From contig OZ024763.1 of the NCBI GenBank assembly GCA_964016885.1, positions 25,916,001 through 25,980,000 on the forward strand: a stretch of DNA of 64,000 nucleotides, written 5' to 3'. Positions 58,114 to 64,000 of this stretch are shown one piece after another (position 1 is the first letter of the stretch; the number at the start of each line of letters is the position of its first letter). Made by a program: the position numbers and the translations under genes. This stretch comes from Eledone cirrhosa. Taxonomy: Eukaryota. Under the pieces are notes generated by a model. It made no database searches and was not told the DNA's origin. It was given only the letters and a program-made list of their open reading frames with translations.

Positions 58114-58910
58114 TGGAAACACAGTTTCCTTGGTCCAATCTGGTGATCAGCATGGAAAGACCAATGGAAACACAGTTTCCTTGGTCCAATCTTGTGATCA
58201 GCATGGAAAGACCAGTGGAAACACAGTTTCCTTGGTCCAATCTGGTGATCAGCATGGAAAGACCAATGGAAACACAGTTTCCTTGGTCCAATCTTGTGAT
58301 CAGCATGGAAAGACCAATGGAAACACAGTTTCCTTGGTCCAATCTGGTGATCAGCATGGAAAGACCAATGGAAACACAGTTTCCTTGGTCCAATCTGGTG
58401 ATCAGCATGGAAAGACCAATGGAAACATAGTTTCCTTGGTTCAATCTGGTGATCAGCATGGAAAGACCAATGGAAACATAGTTTCCTTGGTTCAATCTGG
58501 TGATCAGCATGGAAAGACCAGTGGAAACACAGTTTCCTTGGTTCAATCTTGTGATCGGTATGGAAAGACCAATGGAAACATAGTTTCCTTGGTTCAATCT
58601 GGTGATCAGCATGGAAAGACCAGTGGAAACATAGTTTCCTTGGTTCAATCTGGTGATCAGCATGGAAAGACCAGTGGAAACATGGTTTTCTTGGTTCAAT
58701 CTTGTGATCAGCATGGAAAGACCAGTGGAAACACAGTTTCCTTGGTTCAATCTGGTGATCAGCATGGAAAGACCAATGGAAACACAGTTTCCTTGGTTCA
58801 ATCTGGTGATCAGCATGGGAAGACCAATGGAAACACAGTTTCCTTGGTTCAATCTGGTGATCAGCATGGAAAGACCAATGGAAACACAGTTTCCTTGGTC
58901 CAATCTGGTC
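58114..58910. repeat. 51-bp minisatellite, about 15-16 copies
   Basis: Unit CAATGGAAACACAGTTTCCTTGGTCCAATCTGGTGATCAGCATGGAAAGAC. Confidence 0.95.
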
Positions 58911-59340
58911 TACTTTTATGTGAATTACATGGAAAAAAATCCAAAATTTTTTGGCAAAAATTAGGGAGAAATCAACTTTTATGTGAATTACATAGAAAAA
59001 AAATCTAAAAGTTAGGAGGTAAACCTGTGCTTGACTTACATAAAAAAAAATCCAAATTTGTTGGTAATGCTTAGGGGATCAACCTTTACAAGATTTACAT
59101 GGGAATAAATCTAAATTTTTTGGCAAAAATTAGGAGGGGTCTACTTTTACTTGAGCTACATGGAAAAAAAAATCTAAATTTTTTTGGCAAAAATTAAGGG
59201 GTGAGGTCAACTTGACTTACATGAAAAAAAAATCTAAATTTTTTGGCAACATTTAGGGGTCAACTAAATCAACTTCTACTTGAGATAAATCAGAAAAATT
59301 CAAATTTTTTGGTAAAATATAAAGGGTTTGGCTATTACTT
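58910..59340. repeat. Degenerate ~60-bp tandem repeat
   Basis: TTACATGGAAAAAAATC(C/T)AAATTTTTTGGCAAAAATTAGG recurs about 7 times. Confidence 0.65.
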
Positions 59341-60187
59341 GAATGTATACACTAACTATGAAAGTGTAGTATTTTCTACAAATATAAAAAAAAAACGATT
59401 TTTGCTTTCCATTTTCTCCTCTTTCCTATCCTTTTTTTCTTTTTCCTTTTTCTTTTCTTTTTTTTCTTCCTTTCATTTCTGAAAAACACAAATTAACAAA
59501 AAAAATAAACGATAATTATTATTCATAATTATTAATTTTTTTTTTTTTTTTTCAATTTCTTTTTGGCGAAAATTTCAAAATTCATATTTATATATTTTTT
59601 CTTTTTCTTCTTCTTCCCTTGCTTTTACAACCCTTTATATCATAAACGTGTATATTCATCATGCAGACACATACATACATATACAAGCTCACACACACAT
59701 GCATATATATATATTATATATATATATCATCATCATCATTTAACGTTCATCTTCCATGATATATATATGTACATAAACATACACACACATATGTATGTAT
59801 ATATATATATATACATATATAATAGTTGTGTATAACCCATGCTAGTGTGGGAAATGGATGTAAAATGGTGATGATGATATATATATATATATATGTACCT
59901 GTACATACACACACACAAGCACACTTATATATGTAAATAAAGGTATAGGTGTGATAGCTAGTCACCTTGGGCAAGTGTTTCTACTATAACCCTGGGCCAA
60001 TCAATGCTTTGTGACTGAGTATGGTAAAAAGAAGCTATAAGGAAAGCTATTATTTATAGTGATAAACTGTTTTTACATTTGTTTTCTGCATTTGGGATTC
60101 TCACATTTTCAAATATATATATATGTATATATATTTCTTCTTCTTCCAACCATCTTGCTCTGGATCTACCAGTTGGTTTCGCCCGTA

Positions 60188-60702
60188 AAATCTGTCCAGT
60201 GATTCTTTCTTGAGATATCCTAACCACATGCCCATAGTACTGGAGCTGTGATCTCTCAATTTAGAGAAGTAGCAGCTCTACCTGGAGTGATTCTGATCTC
60301 TGAGTTACAAATCTGTCCAGAGATTCTTTCTTGAGATATCCTAACCACATGCTCATAGTACTAGAGCTGTGATCTCTCAATTTAGAGAAGTAACAGATCT
60401 ACCTGGAGTGACTCTGATCTCTGAGTTACAAATCTGTTCAGTGATTCTTTCTTGAGATATCCTAACCACATGCCCATAGTACTGGAGCTGTGATCTCTCA
60501 ATTTAGAGAAGTAGCAGATCTACCTGGAGTGACTCTGATCTCTGAGTTACAAATCTGTTCAGTGATTCTTTCTTGAGATATCCTAACCACATGCCCATAG
60601 TACTGGAGCTGTGATCTCTCAATTTAGAGAAGTAGCAGCTCTACCTGGAGTGACTCTGATCTCTGAGTTACAAATCTGTTCAGTGATTCTTTCTTGAGAT
60701 AT
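60188..60702. repeat. 121-bp tandem repeat, about 4.3 copies
   Basis: AAATCTGT(C/T)CAG starts at 60188, 60309, 60430, 60551 and 60672. Confidence 0.93.
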
Positions 60703-61254
60703 TCTATCCTTATGCTCTGGATTCAAATCCTTATTAGGCTGATTTACTTTGGGTTTCTTACTTCTGGGAATAAGTTCAACAGTGGTTGTGTGGGGTTGAA
60801 GACAGGGACCCACAAAATTTAAAGGGGCTTGAATTTTTTTTTTTTGGTTGGAGATTCTACCACAAATAGTATATGTTCCTAATGGAAATTTTTTTTCAGT
60901 CTAGGGCACCATAAAGCTTACTCGACCCCCGAGTGAAGGGTTGAAGGAAAGAGGCAGGGGCCAAGATATTTAAAGGGGCTTGAAATTATTTTTGTGTGTG
61001 TGTGGAGTGGGTTCTACCATTTTGAGTATATAAGGTACCCCCTTATTGAAATTTTTTTTCAGCCTAGGGCACCACCAAAGCTTATTCAACACTGAGGGAG
61101 GGGTGGTATTGGGGTATGTTGTGTCAGCCCTTCTCCTTCTACCCACACCACTTCCCCCTCAAAAAAATAAAGTCTTGTTCCTATATTAGAAATTATTATT
61201 GTTAGTTTCTGCAAAATCTTTATTCAATGATTGATCTCCATATGTGTATGTATG

Positions 61255-61293
<39 letters not shown>

Positions 61294-61509
61294 TTGTGTA
61301 TATATATATGTATGTGTTTGTGTATATATATGTATGTGTTTGTGTATATATATGTATGTGTTTGCATATATATGTATGTATATATCTATATATATAATAT
61401 GTATGTGTGTGTATATCTATCTATATATATATATATATATTCACACATTATTTAAATATTTAAATTATATTCAGGTTAACAGGGTGGATGGGGAGCCTTT
61501 TACATCAAT

Positions 61510-61550
<41 letters not shown>

Positions 61551-61792
61551 CAATGCCAAAACGATTATAAGCACAGCAACAAGTATATAGAAACAACAAA
61601 ATATGTAGGCAAAAATATATGGAGGAGAAGGTAATACATTTAAAAACAAGAAGTAAATCTTGTTTTTAAATATATTGCCTTCTCCTTCATATATTTTTGT
61701 CCATACCTGCTCAGCTTACCATCTGCGCTTAAAACAAACATTTCTGTATCATAAATCCACAGGCACTTTCAGAAGGCTTCCTTTCAAAAAGG

Positions 61793-62492
61793 TTAACACT
61801 TTAGCATTTATATTACTCTATATTTACTATTATATTTTATTGGTAAACTCTTTATTATCATAATATCATATCTATGAGATTTTGATATTATTTATTTTGA
61901 GACCAATACCTTAACATAAGTATGAGCAGTTGGTTATGGCTGGTTTGAAAAGAAAGAGGTGAGAGAATTCTGGCCGAATATGGCCGGTTTAAATACTAAA
62001 GGGTTAAATTAAGATACTCCAACATAATTTTATAAAAGAACCTTTTGTTAACCCTTTAGCATTTACATTACTCTATATTTACTATTATATTTACTATTAA
62101 ATTTTCATCTCACATAATATTGAAGCTATGAGATTTTGATATGATTTATTTTGAAACCAATACCTTAACATAAGTATGAGTGGCTGGTTTGAACAGAAAG
62201 AGGTGAGAGAATTCTGGCTGGGTATGGCTGGTTTAAATGCTAAAGGGTGAGGGTTAGGATTAAGGTTAGAGTGAGGCTTAGGAATAGGTGAAAGTATTCT
62301 GGCCAGATACGGCCGGTTTAAATGCTATTTAGCATTTACATTTCTCTATACATACTATTGTATTTTCATGGTAAAGACTTTACCTCGCATAATATCGAAT
62401 CTATGAGATTTTGATGTTATTTATTTTGAGAACAATACCTTAACATCAGTATGAGCAGCTGGTTATGGCTGGTTTAAATGCTAAAGGGTTAA
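61793..62492. mobile_element. Cluster of three piggyBac-like MITE copies
   Basis: Repeated TTTAGCATTTACATTACTCTATAT...AATACCTTAACATAAGTATGAG...AAATGCTAAAGGGTTAA. Confidence 0.72.
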
Positions 62493-62582
62493 TGGCTTTG
62501 AACTTGTTGCAGGAATTTAGCTCCCTTTTTGTTACCAGTTCCACTATCTTTTAGGCGATGATAAAATGAATATAAAGTACCA

Positions 62583-62932
62583 CTGGACTGGGCTCAACGA
62601 GACTAGGTTGGGCTTGGCTGGGCTGGACTGGGCTCAACGAGACTAGGTTGGGCTTGGCTGGGCTGGACCGGGCTCGATGAGTCTGGGCTGGGCTAGGTTG
62701 GGCTTGGCTGGACTGGACTGGGCTCAACGAGACTAGGTTGGGCTTGGCTGGGCTGGACCGGGTTCGACGAGTCTGGGCTAGGTTGGGCTTGGCTGGACTG
62801 GACCGGGCTCGATGAGTCTGGGCTGGGCTAGGTTGGGCTTGGCTGGACTGGACTGGGCTCAACGAGTTTGGGCTAAGCTGGGCTTGACTGAACTGTACTG
62901 GGCTCAACAAGACTAGGCTGGGCTGGACTGGC
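62583..62932. repeat. GC-rich ~40-50-bp tandem repeat built from pentamers (GGGCT/GGACT)
   Basis: Repeated GGGCTCAACGAGACTAGGTTGGGCTTGGCTGGGCTGGAC. Confidence 0.85.
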
Positions 62933-62989
62933 AAATTGAAGTATTAAGATTTAGTAACCATGTAAAATCTCCTTTCTTTTCATCTCCCT

Positions 62990-63935
62990 CTCTCTTATCC
63001 CCAGGGTTTTGTGTGTGGGGGGAGCGGGTTTAAATCTTGATTGTACCTTTATAGAAAAAAAATTTTTTTTTCAATTTTTAGCAATGTATTAATAGGTTTG
63101 GGTTGGGTAGGGAAAATATTTCATGTTGTTGTTGTTGTTGTTGTGTAGTTGTTGTTGATGATGATGATGATGACCAAGGTCCTCTCCCCTCTTTCTCCAA
63201 CCCCGAAGGAGTTTTTTGCGAGGGTGGTAAATCCTTTTTTAATGACCTATTTATAGGTTCGGGTTGGGTAGAGAAAGTAGTTTATGTTGATGATATTGAC
63301 GATGATGACTACGGTCCTCTCCCCAACCACCCCTCTTATTCCCCCCCCCCCCCCCCCGGGGATTTAAAAAAAATTTAAATCATCATGGTTATACCTTTAT
63401 AAATTAATAGTTGGTGATGATGATGATGATGGACACGGTCCTCTTAGCCCCAGGGTATTTTGTGTTTTTTTTTATATACATCATTGTTATTTTAAAAAAT
63501 GTATTATTTTTTAATTTTTTTAACGATTTATTAATTATAGGCTTGGGTTGGATAGAGAGGTAGTTTATGATGATGATGATGATGATGATGATTATCAACC
63601 TATCCCCTCTCTCTCCTCCATCTCTCTTACTCCCCAGGGTTTTTTTGTTATTTTTTTCATAAATTCTGGTTATAACTTTATAAAAAAAATGTTTTTATTG
63701 CATTTTTTAACAATTTATTAATTATAGGTTCGGATTGGGTAGAGAAAACATTTCATGATGTTGATAATAATGATGATGATGATTACCACTCTCTCCCCCA
63801 TCTCTTTTGCTCCCCAGGGGATTTTTTTTTCATTTTTTAACAATTTAATTATAGGTTCAGGTTGGGTAGAGAAAAAGTTTATGATGTTGTTGATGATGAT
63901 GACGACCACAGTGGTGATGATGATGATGATGATGA
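62990..63935. repeat. Degenerate ~130-280-bp tandem repeat
   Basis: ATAGGTT(C/T)GG(G/A)TTGGGTAGAGAAA..(GAT)n..CCCCAGGG recurs about 5 times. Confidence 0.6.
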
Positions 63936-64000
63936 ACATTAATATAAAAAAAAAATGTGATCAATCTTATTTAAGAAAAAAAAACCCACATGCACACACA

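Noticed and set aside
58061-59008. 315-aa repeat ORF (GNTVSLVQSGDQHGKTN)n
   Set aside because: A 51-bp SINE-derived minisatellite that is open in several frames by chance.
62250-62285. Telomere-like GGGTTAGGATTAAGGTTAG
   Set aside because: Only a few degenerate units inside a MITE cluster.

Overview
AT-rich, intron-containing animal genomic DNA. It is probably a coleoid cephalopod (octopus-like), inferred from the tRNA-derived SINE families and vast (TA)n/(TG)n tracts, not proven. Protein-coding content: (1) a single-coding-exon FADD-like DED+death-domain adaptor on the minus strand (10634-11194); (2) a plus-strand Myb/SANT-like (MSANTD/trihelix-type) DNA-binding gene. Two paralogous N-terminal exons (12444/12516-12742 and 47172-47401) end in the same phase-2 donor, but only one set of downstream exons is present (54719-54882, 55786-55932, 56982-57511). 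This suggests a variable-exon/constant-region design, with the caveat of a 200-N gap in between. The main hidden signal is about 13 apparently intact and about 7 degenerate type I hammerhead ribozyme motifs, most with palindromic helix III (Penelope-like/retrozyme type). They sit in fold-back elements and in a ~420-bp direct-repeat unit embedded in TA microsatellite. The rest is SINEs, RTE and L1/Tx1 LINE fragments, piggyBac- and Tc1-type MITEs, tandem arrays born from retroelement sequence, and about 18 kb of microsatellite whose long ORFs are artefacts. All structures were read by eye and none was computed.
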